DNA of 64,000 nt from an uncultured Candidatus Poseidoniales archaeon (GTDB lineage: Archaea; Thermoplasmatota; Poseidoniia; Poseidoniales; Poseidoniaceae): NCBI GenBank assembly GCA_964412625.1, contig CAYPPO010000004.1, positions 11,480 to 75,479 of the forward strand. Direction: 5' to 3'. A program made the translations under genes and the position numbers. Positions 1 through 9,861 of this stretch are shown piece by piece. The first letter of the stretch is position 1. Every line of letters starts with the position of its first letter. The notes under the pieces are model-generated. The model had not been told where the DNA came from. It worked only from the letters and a program-made list of their open reading frames with translations, and did no database searches.

Positions 1-242
1 ATCCTAGCTGCGTGCATAATGGCATTCTCTTCGGCGTGACATATAAGCGGATATTTCTTCTCTCGATTTGTCAATCTTTCATTATCATCGTCAATGCCTC
101 TAGGAAATCCGTTGAATCCAGTCGAGCGAATCTCACGGTCTTCGCCAACAACTACGCAGCCCACTTTTGTTGAAGGGTCTTTACTCCAGAGTGAGATATG
201 CCTAGCAAGTTCGATAAATCGTTCGTCCCACTTTCCGCTCAT
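1..242 (-). CDS. dCMP (deoxycytidylate) deaminase, N-terminal part; the C-terminus lies beyond the window start
   Basis: Not in the ORF track because it is open-ended. Manual minus-strand translation from ATG at 242-240 gives MSGKWDERFIELARHISLWSKDPSTKVGCVVVGEDREIRSTGFNGFPRGIDDDNERLTNREKKYPLICHAEENAIMHAAR. It contains the cytidine/dCMP deaminase zinc motif C-H-A-E-x-N-A. Confidence 0.75.
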   Translation of the reverse strand, partial: MSGKWDERFIELARHISLWSKDPSTKVGCVVVGEDREIRSTGFNGFPRGIDDDNERLTNREKKYPLICHAEENAIMHAAR

Positions 243-274
243 CGCAACCGACTGCTCCTAACGGTATCCCAACT

Positions 275-1630
275 TCATTGCTTCGGCAATAAACTCAAAT
301 CATCATCGGAATTTTTCCCTAAGTAATTGAGGATATTACCCTGCAGGTACAATGACCCTAATGATAATACAACGCCAGTAGTAACAGGGTTTTTTGATAG
401 AATTTCATCTATTACTTGTGTTACATTTGAGTAAGTGTGAATCACATCAACCTCCCATTCAAATTTCGCTAATTCTTCAGGATTAAGTCCAGGATATCTA
501 CCACCGTGTGGTTTAGTCAAATACAACTCAACCTGAGAGAATGATTGGCAAATATCGTTAATCTGGTGCAGCATCTCTCCAAGTTGTTGTTGTGGAGATG
601 TCGCAAAAATAAGCGTGATAGCATCCGTCTCGTTGCCTTTTCTGGCTAAATCTATGAGGTGACTTTTGACTCTGGCAAGGCCTGACGGGTTATGCGCAGC
701 ATCCAAGATAAATCGATGATTTGATGGTAGGTTCAATACTTGCAATCTAGCAGGCCAGTTAACCTTACTTTTGGCTTTAACTAGGTTGTCAGTATCTAGG
801 TTAAGTACGTCAAATGCGGCTTCGGCTAGCAATTCTGCCTCATCAATAATTGACAGATTATCCGGTACCTTTACGAATTTACATACAGCAAAATCGGCTC
901 TTTCGTTCAACTCACTTTTTGCGCAATTGCGTGCTGTGTTGATTACGGTTTGTTGATAATCAATAATATCCATTTCTCTAGCAATTAGGAATTTACCAGG
1001 CCTGGCAATTGCTGCTTTCTCACCAATTATTCCGTAGATGTCATCACCTAAGATGTCCGTATGTTCTTTGCTGATGGCGGTAAGAATTGCCAGATCTGCG
1101 GGGGCGCATCTTGTTGCGTCTAATCTACCTCCTAGACCCGTTTCAAGAATTAGTAATTTAGGATTGATATCAGCAGTTACAATCATCGCAACTAAAAATG
1201 TCGTTTCGAAGAAAGTTAACGCAATTTTTAGTTTTTCAGTGGCAGTTTTTACTTGTGCTAACGCTTGGTCGAATTTTATCTCATCTATAGGTCTGCCATC
1301 GAGTCTAATTCTTTCTTCAACCCGGCACAAATGTGGCGATGAGAATAAGACATTAGAGTCTTCATTAAGGCATAAACTAGCGGCAATCAAAGAACACAAT
1401 GTACCCTTACCATTACTTCCCGCAACGTGGATTATCTGGGTATTGTCAAAGTTTAGGTTTAGATATGAGAGAATTCTATTGGTATTTTCTAGACCTAGTG
1501 CCATACCCTTATTTTTGGTCGCTTCTAACCACTCTCGTAAATCTGGGTTGGCTGACACACTACGCCCATCCCAACACATTGCATAATTCTTAGTGATATG
1601 AATTGTCTTTGACCAATAAAAGCGATTCAC
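275..1630 (-). CDS. folC: folylpolyglutamate synthase / dihydrofolate synthase (Mur ligase family)
   Basis: 451-aa ORF with the Mur-ligase P-loop HVAGSNGKGT and FolC-like layout. The true start may be an internal Met (MCWDG...). Confidence 0.8.
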   Translation of the reverse strand: MNRFYWSKTIHITKNYAMCWDGRSVSANPDLREWLEATKNKGMALGLENTNRILSYLNLNFDNTQIIHVAGSNGKGTLCSLIAASLCLNEDSNVLFSSPHLCRVEERIRLDGRPIDEIKFDQALAQVKTATEKLKIALTFFETTFLVAMIVTADINPKLLILETGLGGRLDATRCAPADLAILTAISKEHTDILGDDIYGIIGEKAAIARPGKFLIAREMDIIDYQQTVINTARNCAKSELNERADFAVCKFVKVPDNLSIIDEAELLAEAAFDVLNLDTDNLVKAKSKVNWPARLQVLNLPSNHRFILDAAHNPSGLARVKSHLIDLARKGNETDAITLIFATSPQQQLGEMLHQINDICQSFSQVELYLTKPHGGRYPGLNPEELAKFEWEVDVIHTYSNVTQVIDEILSKNPVTTGVVLSLGSLYLQGNILNYLGKNSDDDLSLLPKQ

Positions 1631-1658
1631 TCAAAAGATAGAGCATCCACGCCAAAAC

Positions 1659-3809
1659 ATGAGCGAGGCAGACAATGCAACCGCAGAGGAATACCAAGCC
1701 TCAGCGGAATTCGTCGAATTAGAGCAACAACTGGCTCAAGAGACGAGTGTCCTTGCATTGATGAAGGAACAGATGACTTCAATGTTAGGTATGGTTGCGA
1801 TGTTTGTTGTAACCATTGTCTTGGCTTTATTCATCAGGCCATGGTATGATGTGGCAGAATTACATGCGTTTGGCGAGACAGGAGCAACTCAAGCGCGATT
1901 TATTTTGCTTGAATTAATCATGATATTCATATTTACTGCAGTAGTTATTGCTTTGGCAAGGTACAAGAAAGAATGGGTAATAAAATATGGAATTATGGGC
2001 GTTCTTACTATTGCACTGATGTATACTACGGTACCACTCATGCACATGCTGGTGATTGATTTTGATAGGCAAGAATTTGACTATGAAGAATCTATGAACT
2101 ATTCTGGAGATTACTTTGTTGATTTGGGTATGGACGGTTTTTTGTCCAGTGAAGTGGTATTTGATGGTACATCTTGGGTCGATACTGTCTCGTATATGGG
2201 GATTGGTAATAATGTCACATGGTTGCATGAATCAAGCCGAGCTCCGCTTGATGACACTGCTAAATTAAGAGTGGTGAAATCCGATAACTGGCTAACATTT
2301 GCTAATTCGAGATGGTTATGGTCAGTCGATATTGACACAGGTGCTGAGCTAGAAAGGTATTATTGCGATGATAGCGATGAGGCAGTAGATTATGGTAAAA
2401 TTCCACCAAATTGTGATCTGGGATTAATCCTTGAAGATGGTATCTACACCATCACGCGAGGAGGCGACGTGAAATATATCCCCACTAAGGATCTATCTTC
2501 TCCGTACGTAACTCAAGCCGAGTGGGGATTGCCACCATACGTTGACATTGGCGACGAGTTCATTGAATCACAAACCTTAGACGACATGTTACTGATTACG
2601 ACTGAGAGGGTTAGTATTGCGTTCAAACTTGAACAAACACGAGATAGCCCGACTGAAATTGGTTTGGTCGATGTAAGGTTTCAATACTTGACAGATAAGA
2701 CGATATCGTCCATTGATTTTGGGCATTCGCCGTGGTCTGAGTCAAACTTGTCGACCAATACTGGTGATAATGGATTGCTGATAATTGGTGAAACTAATGG
2801 TAATGTTACTGGTTGGGAATGGGATAGTAAAAAGACCGGAGATAATGAATTTGTACCTCAGGACAAAATGAACATTGAGGGTTTAGTCGATTCTGTTTAT
2901 CAGGTACAAATTACCGACTTAGATGATTCTGGTTTTACAGATTTACTAATTTCTGGTGACCGCAAGGCACATTGGCTCCATACGCAACTGCTGAAGAATC
3001 GTTTGACATTTGATGTGGATGAAGACTTCAAGTTTGGTATTTTCACTAACGATGGCTCTGTGGATAAGTTCTTTGCAGTGTCCGAAACTTCGATTGAAAG
3101 TGGCGTGATAGATGATGATATGTACACTTTAGAGGGATTACAATTGTATGATATTCCGTTCTTGGTGGGAGTAATTATTGCGCTGTTGTTGATGATTTTA
3201 CTTTACTTCCACAGCGAGTGGTATGTAGTAAATACAGTAGGCATCTTGGTTGGTGCTGGAGTAATAGTAATGTTAGGCGTTGCCTTCGTTCCAGGACTGA
3301 TTATGATCTTCATGATACTCGCAGCAATATATGACGCATGGGCCGTTTATCGGTCTAAACATATGCTTGAACTGGCTGATACGATGATTGGGCTACAGTT
3401 GCCGATATTACTTGTCGCACCACAAGATAGAGGATACTCATTCAAGGACGAGAAAACTAAGATGGTCGAAAAAACCGATATCAAACCAATTCCACAAGTA
3501 GAGAAAACCATCCATCCAGTAAAGAAAAAGACCAATGAAGCATTATTCATGGGACTGGGTGACATCATATTCCCAGGTATGTTGGTACTCTCTGCTGTTC
3601 AATGGCTGGAGACAGATAATTCGTTTGAGATTGCGATTTTTACCTTGGCCGGCTCACTGGTTGGATATCTAGCACTAATGAGTTATGTTGCAAGAGGGAA
3701 GGCTCAAGCAGGTCTTCCGTTGCTAAATGGTGGAGCGATACTTGGATACCTGCTAGGCGGGATGATTTTTATCGGTACTGAAATATTTAATCTTGGAATT
3801 TCTTTGTAG
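1659..3809 (+). CDS. presenilin / signal-peptide-peptidase family (A22) intramembrane aspartyl protease with a large extracytoplasmic insertion
   Basis: The C-terminal TM bundle carries YD (AAIYDAWAVY, nt ~3328), GLGD (FMGLGDIIFPG, nt ~3552) and a PAL-like QAGLPLLNG. About three N-terminal TM helices are followed by a ~350-aa soluble segment (nt ~2106-3143) with FG-GAP/beta-propeller-like strings (ITDLDDSGFTDLLISGD). Confidence 0.7.
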   Translation: MSEADNATAEEYQASAEFVELEQQLAQETSVLALMKEQMTSMLGMVAMFVVTIVLALFIRPWYDVAELHAFGETGATQARFILLELIMIFIFTAVVIALARYKKEWVIKYGIMGVLTIALMYTTVPLMHMLVIDFDRQEFDYEESMNYSGDYFVDLGMDGFLSSEVVFDGTSWVDTVSYMGIGNNVTWLHESSRAPLDDTAKLRVVKSDNWLTFANSRWLWSVDIDTGAELERYYCDDSDEAVDYGKIPPNCDLGLILEDGIYTITRGGDVKYIPTKDLSSPYVTQAEWGLPPYVDIGDEFIESQTLDDMLLITTERVSIAFKLEQTRDSPTEIGLVDVRFQYLTDKTISSIDFGHSPWSESNLSTNTGDNGLLIIGETNGNVTGWEWDSKKTGDNEFVPQDKMNIEGLVDSVYQVQITDLDDSGFTDLLISGDRKAHWLHTQLLKNRLTFDVDEDFKFGIFTNDGSVDKFFAVSETSIESGVIDDDMYTLEGLQLYDIPFLVGVIIALLLMILLYFHSEWYVVNTVGILVGAGVIVMLGVAFVPGLIMIFMILAAIYDAWAVYRSKHMLELADTMIGLQLPILLVAPQDRGYSFKDEKTKMVEKTDIKPIPQVEKTIHPVKKKTNEALFMGLGDIIFPGMLVLSAVQWLETDNSFEIAIFTLAGSLVGYLALMSYVARGKAQAGLPLLNGGAILGYLLGGMIFIGTEIFNLGISL

Positions 3810-3817
3810 GTGATTAG

Positions 3818-5110
3818 ATGTTAGATATCCATATGTTTAGAGATAACCACGAACTTATCCGTGCCGATCATGATAAGCGCGGAATCTCCCATGAGAAAAT
3901 TGACCAAGTAATACAATTTGACAAATTATGGCTTAACTTGCAACATCAAACAAATCAATTGAGGCAAAAAAAGAATACAGCAGCCAAAGGGATTAGTGAA
4001 GCAAAGAAGTCTGGCGACGAAGGTAGAGCACAGGCGATATTAGCCGAAGTCGCAACACTAGGCGCCGAGATTGCCCAGCTAGAGGCAGAGACCCAACGAG
4101 CCGTTGAGCAAAGGGATAACATTCGCATGTCAATCCCGAATATATTACACCCGGAGGTCCCGAAAGGGTCTGATGAATCCGGCAATACGGTGCACAGTGT
4201 TTATGGGAGTAAACCTGACTTTGATTTCACACCGAGAACCCATAATGAATTAATTGAAATGAACAATTGGGTTGACCTCAAGCGCGCTGCAAAGATTACT
4301 GGAAGTAGGTTTTTCTTTTTGAAGGGAGATTTGGCAAGACTAGAATTAGCACTTCAGAACTTTGCCGTTGATTTTATTGGTCAAAGAGGGTTCACTTTCG
4401 TTCAACCCCCTGTAATGATGAACCGACAAGCCTACGAAGGGGTCACGGACCTAAACGACTTTGAAACCGTAATGTACGGTATAGAGCCAGACAAATATTA
4501 CATGATTGCTACTTCGGAGCACCCGTTAACTGCGATGTATATGGATGAAACCATTCCAGAGGAGATGCTGCCACTGAAAATAGTCGGAGTGTCGCCCTGT
4601 TTCCGCAGGGAAGTAGGCTCACACGGGCAATCTGATTTAGGGATTTGGCGAGTTCATCAATTTACTAAGATTGAACAAATAGTCATCGCCAAGCCAGAGC
4701 ATTCATGGGATTTACATGAAGAGTTATTACAAAATTGTATAGATTTGTGGAACGAACTCGGTCTTCACTACGAAGTTGTTAACATTTGTACAGGGGATAT
4801 GGGTACTGTAGCTGCTAAAAAATATGATTTAGAGGCGTGGTTACCCGGTGCGAACCAATACAAAGAAATCGTTTCATGTTCAAATTGCACAGATTACCAA
4901 GCTAATAGATTACAAATTAAATATGGACAGCCAGGTCATGCTAATCAACCAATTGTTCACACATTGAATTCTACAGCAGTTGCCACATCACGAGCCTTAG
5001 TAGCAATAATAGAGCAAAATCAGTTGGCTGACGGTAGAGTTTCAATTCCAGAACCCTTAGTTCCCTTAATGGGTGGACAAACTATGCTAGAACCATGTTC
5101 TTGGGGTTAG
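3818..5110 (+). CDS. serS: seryl-tRNA synthetase
   Basis: 430 aa with an N-terminal coiled-coil arm and class II motifs (SPCFRREVGSHG; TLNSTAVATSRALVAIIE). An SD AGGTGAT lies 3 nt upstream of the ATG. Confidence 0.95.
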   Translation: MLDIHMFRDNHELIRADHDKRGISHEKIDQVIQFDKLWLNLQHQTNQLRQKKNTAAKGISEAKKSGDEGRAQAILAEVATLGAEIAQLEAETQRAVEQRDNIRMSIPNILHPEVPKGSDESGNTVHSVYGSKPDFDFTPRTHNELIEMNNWVDLKRAAKITGSRFFFLKGDLARLELALQNFAVDFIGQRGFTFVQPPVMMNRQAYEGVTDLNDFETVMYGIEPDKYYMIATSEHPLTAMYMDETIPEEMLPLKIVGVSPCFRREVGSHGQSDLGIWRVHQFTKIEQIVIAKPEHSWDLHEELLQNCIDLWNELGLHYEVVNICTGDMGTVAAKKYDLEAWLPGANQYKEIVSCSNCTDYQANRLQIKYGQPGHANQPIVHTLNSTAVATSRALVAIIEQNQLADGRVSIPEPLVPLMGGQTMLEPCSWG

Positions 5111-7681
5111 TCAATCTAGTAATCCAGCGTTTTCAATTGCTGTTAGGTCAATTTCACCTGGTAACCCAAGATCCACTGGCATTCCGCCAATGGTCACAAC
5201 AACTCCCGTGATATGGGTATAAAGGCATGGCGGGAAGTCACTTTCGCTTTTTTTGTCAGTCAGTAATTTCCAACCGCTTCCGGCTTTTTTCTTGGCGCTA
5301 GAAAATGCCTCATTATCGCCAAATGCAATCCATCCATTAGCCTGCCAGGCATGCTTCTGCAATTCTTTGGTAACCAATGCTGGTGCTGGAGCTACAGTGT
5401 GACGATATGGCCAAGCATTTACCCAATCAAGACCTGAATCTCTCAACCATTCAATTCCAGTTGGCTCGCTACTTGCCGAGACGGTATGTCCAATTGACTC
5501 TAAGTGTCTAAGTAAGCTTCTCAAATGCGGGTGCCTTGATTTTGTCTTAGCCAATGTTTTAGCGATATTTGTTGCAGTTAGAATTCTACCTTCATCCAAA
5601 TGCAGTAAGGCGCACACTACATTGCCATGAATCCAGTTTTCAAGTGAATTATCCTTCATATATCGCTCCAACATATTTAGAGCAGTTTCATAATTTCCAG
5701 ACAATCTCATTCTAGCAATGTCGCCCAGCAGGATTAATCGATCCGCTGGGTCATTTCTGTAGGTCATCTCTGATGTTGCAGTTCCTTGCTTAAATCGCTT
5801 AACTAAATCGATATTTCTTTTTGTCAGCGGGTCGACCGAAAGCAAAGACTTCAATTTTTCATCAAGCTTGCGTTTCTTTGGTTGCATTATTGAGGCAAAC
5901 CACTGTAATCTTGCTGCCTCAACATCATCATCAGGTAGCAGCGCTAATCGTGGCTTTGCTTCAGCATAGTCTCGTTGGCTAAGACTTGCAGCAACTAAAA
6001 TTAATCTAGCAATTTGCGCTTCTCTACCACCTCTTAGCGCAAGTATTGAAACAGCATTGTTTTCAGCATCGTCCCAACGACCCATGGCAGCATATATCTC
6101 CATCATAGCATCGGTTTTTCGCACTAAATCAAGCCCCTCTAATTGCTCTCCATGCCCTTCTATCACGGCATCAATACGCTGCAGTGCCTTGTCCCAAGAA
6201 TCATCAGTAACCAACTTCCGAATCGCCTTTTGTTTTAGGTAGATAACATCTTCTAATTGGGCCATTCTAGCCCTATTTTCGCCCATTGAAGCATCGAACG
6301 AGATGTCTTCTAGTCGGGAGCCAATCTTTCTTGATCTAGCCCAAATAACTACGAATGCCACTTGACCACCCGATGAAAGCATCCATGTCAACTCCTCGAG
6401 TGCATCCTTTTGCATAGCCATACAGAGATTATTCTCCCACGAACCACATGCTGCACCTTGGGGTAGGAAACTAGAATCCCAGAATGTAATCATTGCTAAT
6501 GCAAGTAGTAGCATGGATTGCCCAGCGAAGCCAGTGAAGCAGAAATTCAACACTTTCGCCTGTTGGCTTCTTTCTGCTCTGAGCAGACGACTATCAGCTA
6601 ACTTTATCCCACCTTTTCCTGACACATCTTGAACATCCAAAAATAATATTCGAGCAACTTCATAGACAAACAAAAAACCAATTAAAGCAACGTTCAACAG
6701 TAAGAATAGTAAAACCATATTGACAAGTGGCACCCTAATTCCTTCAGCTGGAATAAATGAAAATAACTCTATTAACGCAAAGCCAAGGATTCCTCCTTCC
6801 TCCATTATTGAAGATTGAACGCGATATTCAGGTAATTCAAGCACTCTGTCTGAGTGAGTGAACATATCCGGATCAATTGCTAATGCGAGGATTGAGACAA
6901 TCGTATTGATTGCAATAAAGGGCATCACAGATAGGTTGATATTCACTATCTGTGCGATGGCTTGCTGTTTTGGACTTGGCTTGTGGTTGTGGAATGGTGA
7001 TGGCTGACCGCTTGCTATCTTTACTGAGGATTGCTTCAACGCTTGCCAAGATGAGCCTAAAACTCTGCCATATGCTAAGACAGCAGGCGAGAAGGCGACA
7101 AAGGCACATATGCTGAAAACCCTGAATGAGGGGACATCGATTGAAGTCAGAATCACAGCCATCACTCCAACTAATATCATCCAACTTATTGTCAAAACAA
7201 CATAGGAATAGCTCTGCCAAATATCAGAGTTTTGTAATGTTGCTTTACCAGCGCCTACCGGTTTGATAACTTGTGCACCCAGAGAGGAACCGCTCGAGAT
7301 TACTGCAGGGACGGAGATAAATAGCAGCGCAATGACAATTGATGCAGCGTGATATCCGTCAGAAAAATTGTACTTTGTCATCAAAAACTCAAATACTAAA
7401 ATCAGCACACCAGTTAGGGCAAAAAGGTAACTCGTTACTCCAAAACGCATTCCTTTGGTTTGGAGTAGATTTCTGGCATCTTCAACGGACCGTGTTACAT
7501 TATGAACTTCGTAGCGTTTTTCACCGGTTTGAAAAGCGACTTGTAGGCCTCTCAATTGACGGGGCACCACGCTGTTCCAAAACAGATACGCCGTTACTGC
7601 TGCAAAGAAAAAAGGAATTATGGCTGCCCATCCAAAATTATCAATAATCGGGGGTGCAGAAATTCCAAAACCTCCTTTCAA
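5111..7681 (-). CDS. hypothetical polytopic membrane protein with a C-terminal TPR-like helical region
   Basis: 856-aa ORF with about 10 hydrophobic helices in the N-terminal half and helical-repeat-like sequence in the C-terminal half. Its start overlaps the thrS stop by 4 nt. No family recognised. Confidence 0.55.
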   Translation of the reverse strand: MKGGFGISAPPIIDNFGWAAIIPFFFAAVTAYLFWNSVVPRQLRGLQVAFQTGEKRYEVHNVTRSVEDARNLLQTKGMRFGVTSYLFALTGVLILVFEFLMTKYNFSDGYHAASIVIALLFISVPAVISSGSSLGAQVIKPVGAGKATLQNSDIWQSYSYVVLTISWMILVGVMAVILTSIDVPSFRVFSICAFVAFSPAVLAYGRVLGSSWQALKQSSVKIASGQPSPFHNHKPSPKQQAIAQIVNINLSVMPFIAINTIVSILALAIDPDMFTHSDRVLELPEYRVQSSIMEEGGILGFALIELFSFIPAEGIRVPLVNMVLLFLLLNVALIGFLFVYEVARILFLDVQDVSGKGGIKLADSRLLRAERSQQAKVLNFCFTGFAGQSMLLLALAMITFWDSSFLPQGAACGSWENNLCMAMQKDALEELTWMLSSGGQVAFVVIWARSRKIGSRLEDISFDASMGENRARMAQLEDVIYLKQKAIRKLVTDDSWDKALQRIDAVIEGHGEQLEGLDLVRKTDAMMEIYAAMGRWDDAENNAVSILALRGGREAQIARLILVAASLSQRDYAEAKPRLALLPDDDVEAARLQWFASIMQPKKRKLDEKLKSLLSVDPLTKRNIDLVKRFKQGTATSEMTYRNDPADRLILLGDIARMRLSGNYETALNMLERYMKDNSLENWIHGNVVCALLHLDEGRILTATNIAKTLAKTKSRHPHLRSLLRHLESIGHTVSASSEPTGIEWLRDSGLDWVNAWPYRHTVAPAPALVTKELQKHAWQANGWIAFGDNEAFSSAKKKAGSGWKLLTDKKSESDFPPCLYTHITGVVVTIGGMPVDLGLPGEIDLTAIENAGLLD

Positions 7682-9732
7682 ACCAAGCTCGGCTGCGATA
7701 ATTTTTGTTTTATTTCCGAGACAATGTTGGCGATAAAATCATCTAGTGGGAGATCCGAAATTTGCTCACCACTTCGGGCTCTAAGGCTTACAGTGTTATT
7801 TTTTGCTTCACCATCTCCGAGAATTACCATATATGCTGGGTGGAGTTTACGGTGTGTTCTAATCTTCTTTCCGATTGTGTCATCCCCATCATCAATCTCA
7901 ACTCGAATACCATTCTGTTTGAGTTGATTGGCGACAAAGGAAGCATATTCTGTATGTTTCTCGGATATGGTGAGTATGTGACATTGTGTGGGGGACAGCC
8001 AGGTGGGGAATCGTCCAGCGAAGTGTTCAATCAGCACGCCACAGAATCTTTCCATTGAGCCAAACGGTGCACGGTGAATCATAACCGGGCGATGTAGTCC
8101 GCCATCGGCTCCTTTGTATTTTAAATCAAAACGCTCGGGAAGGTTGTAATCTACTTGGACAGTTCCGAGTTGCCATTCCCTTCCAATCACATCCCTCACT
8201 ACAAAGTCAATTTTTGGACCATAAAATGCCGCTTCACCTTCCTCTTCAGACCAATCGACACCGAGCGATGCAGCAGCATCACGGCATGCTCTCTCGGCCT
8301 TATCCCAACGCTTAGGGTCGCCAACATATTTAGTAGAGTCAGGGTCTCTTAAACCGACTCTTACACGATAATCTGTCATTCCTAATTTGTCAAAAATGAT
8401 CTGAACGAGTTCGATACAACCGAGAACCTCCTGAGCAATTTGTTCTTCCGTGACGAATAGATGAGCATCATCTTGAGTAAAACCTCGCACTCTAGTCATG
8501 CCTGAAATTTCACCAGACTGTTCCCATCGGTATACTGTGCCAAATTCTGCCAGCCGTAATGGTAAGTCACGATACGAACGAGCTTGTGAGGCATAGATTT
8601 TGACGTGGTGAGGGCAGTTCATTGGCTTGAGCATATAACCATCGATTTCGCCGGACTTCATCATATTAGATAATTCAGAGCAAGAGCAACCCTCATCCGA
8701 GAGTTTTTTCATCAGGTCTTTTTCTACCAAAGGTGGATATTGAGAATCCTGATAATAGGGGAAGTGTCCAGACTTACGGTACAAATCTAGTTTGCCAATA
8801 TGTGGTGTAAATACCTGAGAATAACCTTGTCTAGTCAGGTGCTCAGCGATGAAATTCTGCAATTCTTGACGGATTATTGCACCTCTAGGTGTCCACAATA
8901 TCAGACCTTGTCCAACTTCTTCATCGATATGAAACAGTTTGAGGTCCCTGCCGAGTTTTCGATGATCGCGCTTTTTTGCTTCTTCCATTCGGTTGATGGT
9001 TTGCTTTAGGGCATCCTTGGTTGGTTCAACAATGCCGTATATACGAACCAATTGTTCTCTATCTTGGTCGCCCCGCCAATAAGCTGAGGAAACGCTGGTG
9101 AGTTTACAAAACATCAATTTCGCAGTGTTTTGCACGTGAGGTCCTAAGCACAGATCATACCAATCTCCTTGTTTGTAAATTGTTGAACCGGTTCCCGCCC
9201 CAACTTTATCTTCAATAATCTCAATCTTGTATGGATTAGCTGCAAAGTGCTGTCTTAATTCGTTCTCATCGAGTTCCAATCGCTCGATTGTAAGATTTTT
9301 TCTAGCAAGTTCCTGCATTTTCTTTTGAATCGGTTTGAGGTCGCTTTCAGTGATGGTTTCCATCGCAAAATCATAGTAGAACCCTCGATCTACTGGAGGG
9401 CCAATAGTTGGTTTTGCATCGGGATAAATCTCCATCACTGCTTGCGCTAAGAGGTGTGCGGCGCTATGTCGTAATATATACATTCCAGCCGCAGAATCCG
9501 CTGTTATTCCCTCGATTTGACAAGAGTCATGAATTTCGTAAGACATGTCCCTTTCCTGTCCGTCAACTAGGGCTGCCAAACAGCCATTTTTGCGCCCAAG
9601 AACATCGGTTATGACCTCAGAACACGTAATGCCAGCAGCGTATTCATTGACAGTTCCATCTGGTAGTGTGATGTTAATCAGCGTCAAATTACCCCTCTCC
9701 GACAATTGCCGGAGGTACCGGCCCTTCATCAA
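7678..9732 (-). CDS. thrS: threonyl-tRNA synthetase (bacterial-type, with TGS and N2 editing domains)
   Basis: 684 aa with a TGS-like N-terminus, the editing motif HSAAHLLAQAV, the class II core (MNCPHH; YRWEQSGE..RVRGFTQDDAH) and an anticodon-binding C-terminus. Confidence 0.95.
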   Translation of the reverse strand: MMKGRYLRQLSERGNLTLINITLPDGTVNEYAAGITCSEVITDVLGRKNGCLAALVDGQERDMSYEIHDSCQIEGITADSAAGMYILRHSAAHLLAQAVMEIYPDAKPTIGPPVDRGFYYDFAMETITESDLKPIQKKMQELARKNLTIERLELDENELRQHFAANPYKIEIIEDKVGAGTGSTIYKQGDWYDLCLGPHVQNTAKLMFCKLTSVSSAYWRGDQDREQLVRIYGIVEPTKDALKQTINRMEEAKKRDHRKLGRDLKLFHIDEEVGQGLILWTPRGAIIRQELQNFIAEHLTRQGYSQVFTPHIGKLDLYRKSGHFPYYQDSQYPPLVEKDLMKKLSDEGCSCSELSNMMKSGEIDGYMLKPMNCPHHVKIYASQARSYRDLPLRLAEFGTVYRWEQSGEISGMTRVRGFTQDDAHLFVTEEQIAQEVLGCIELVQIIFDKLGMTDYRVRVGLRDPDSTKYVGDPKRWDKAERACRDAAASLGVDWSEEEGEAAFYGPKIDFVVRDVIGREWQLGTVQVDYNLPERFDLKYKGADGGLHRPVMIHRAPFGSMERFCGVLIEHFAGRFPTWLSPTQCHILTISEKHTEYASFVANQLKQNGIRVEIDDGDDTIGKKIRTHRKLHPAYMVILGDGEAKNNTVSLRARSGEQISDLPLDDFIANIVSEIKQKLSQPSLV

Positions 9733-9861
9733 TTACGCGATTCAAAGTATGTCGTTATCGCTTTTTTACCCTATTTGAGCAATCAATATGTAGTTTTAAT
9801 CATGATTATTGTTAAACAAAATCCCACAAGTATTGAAGAGTAGTGGGTCCACATTGTAAAC

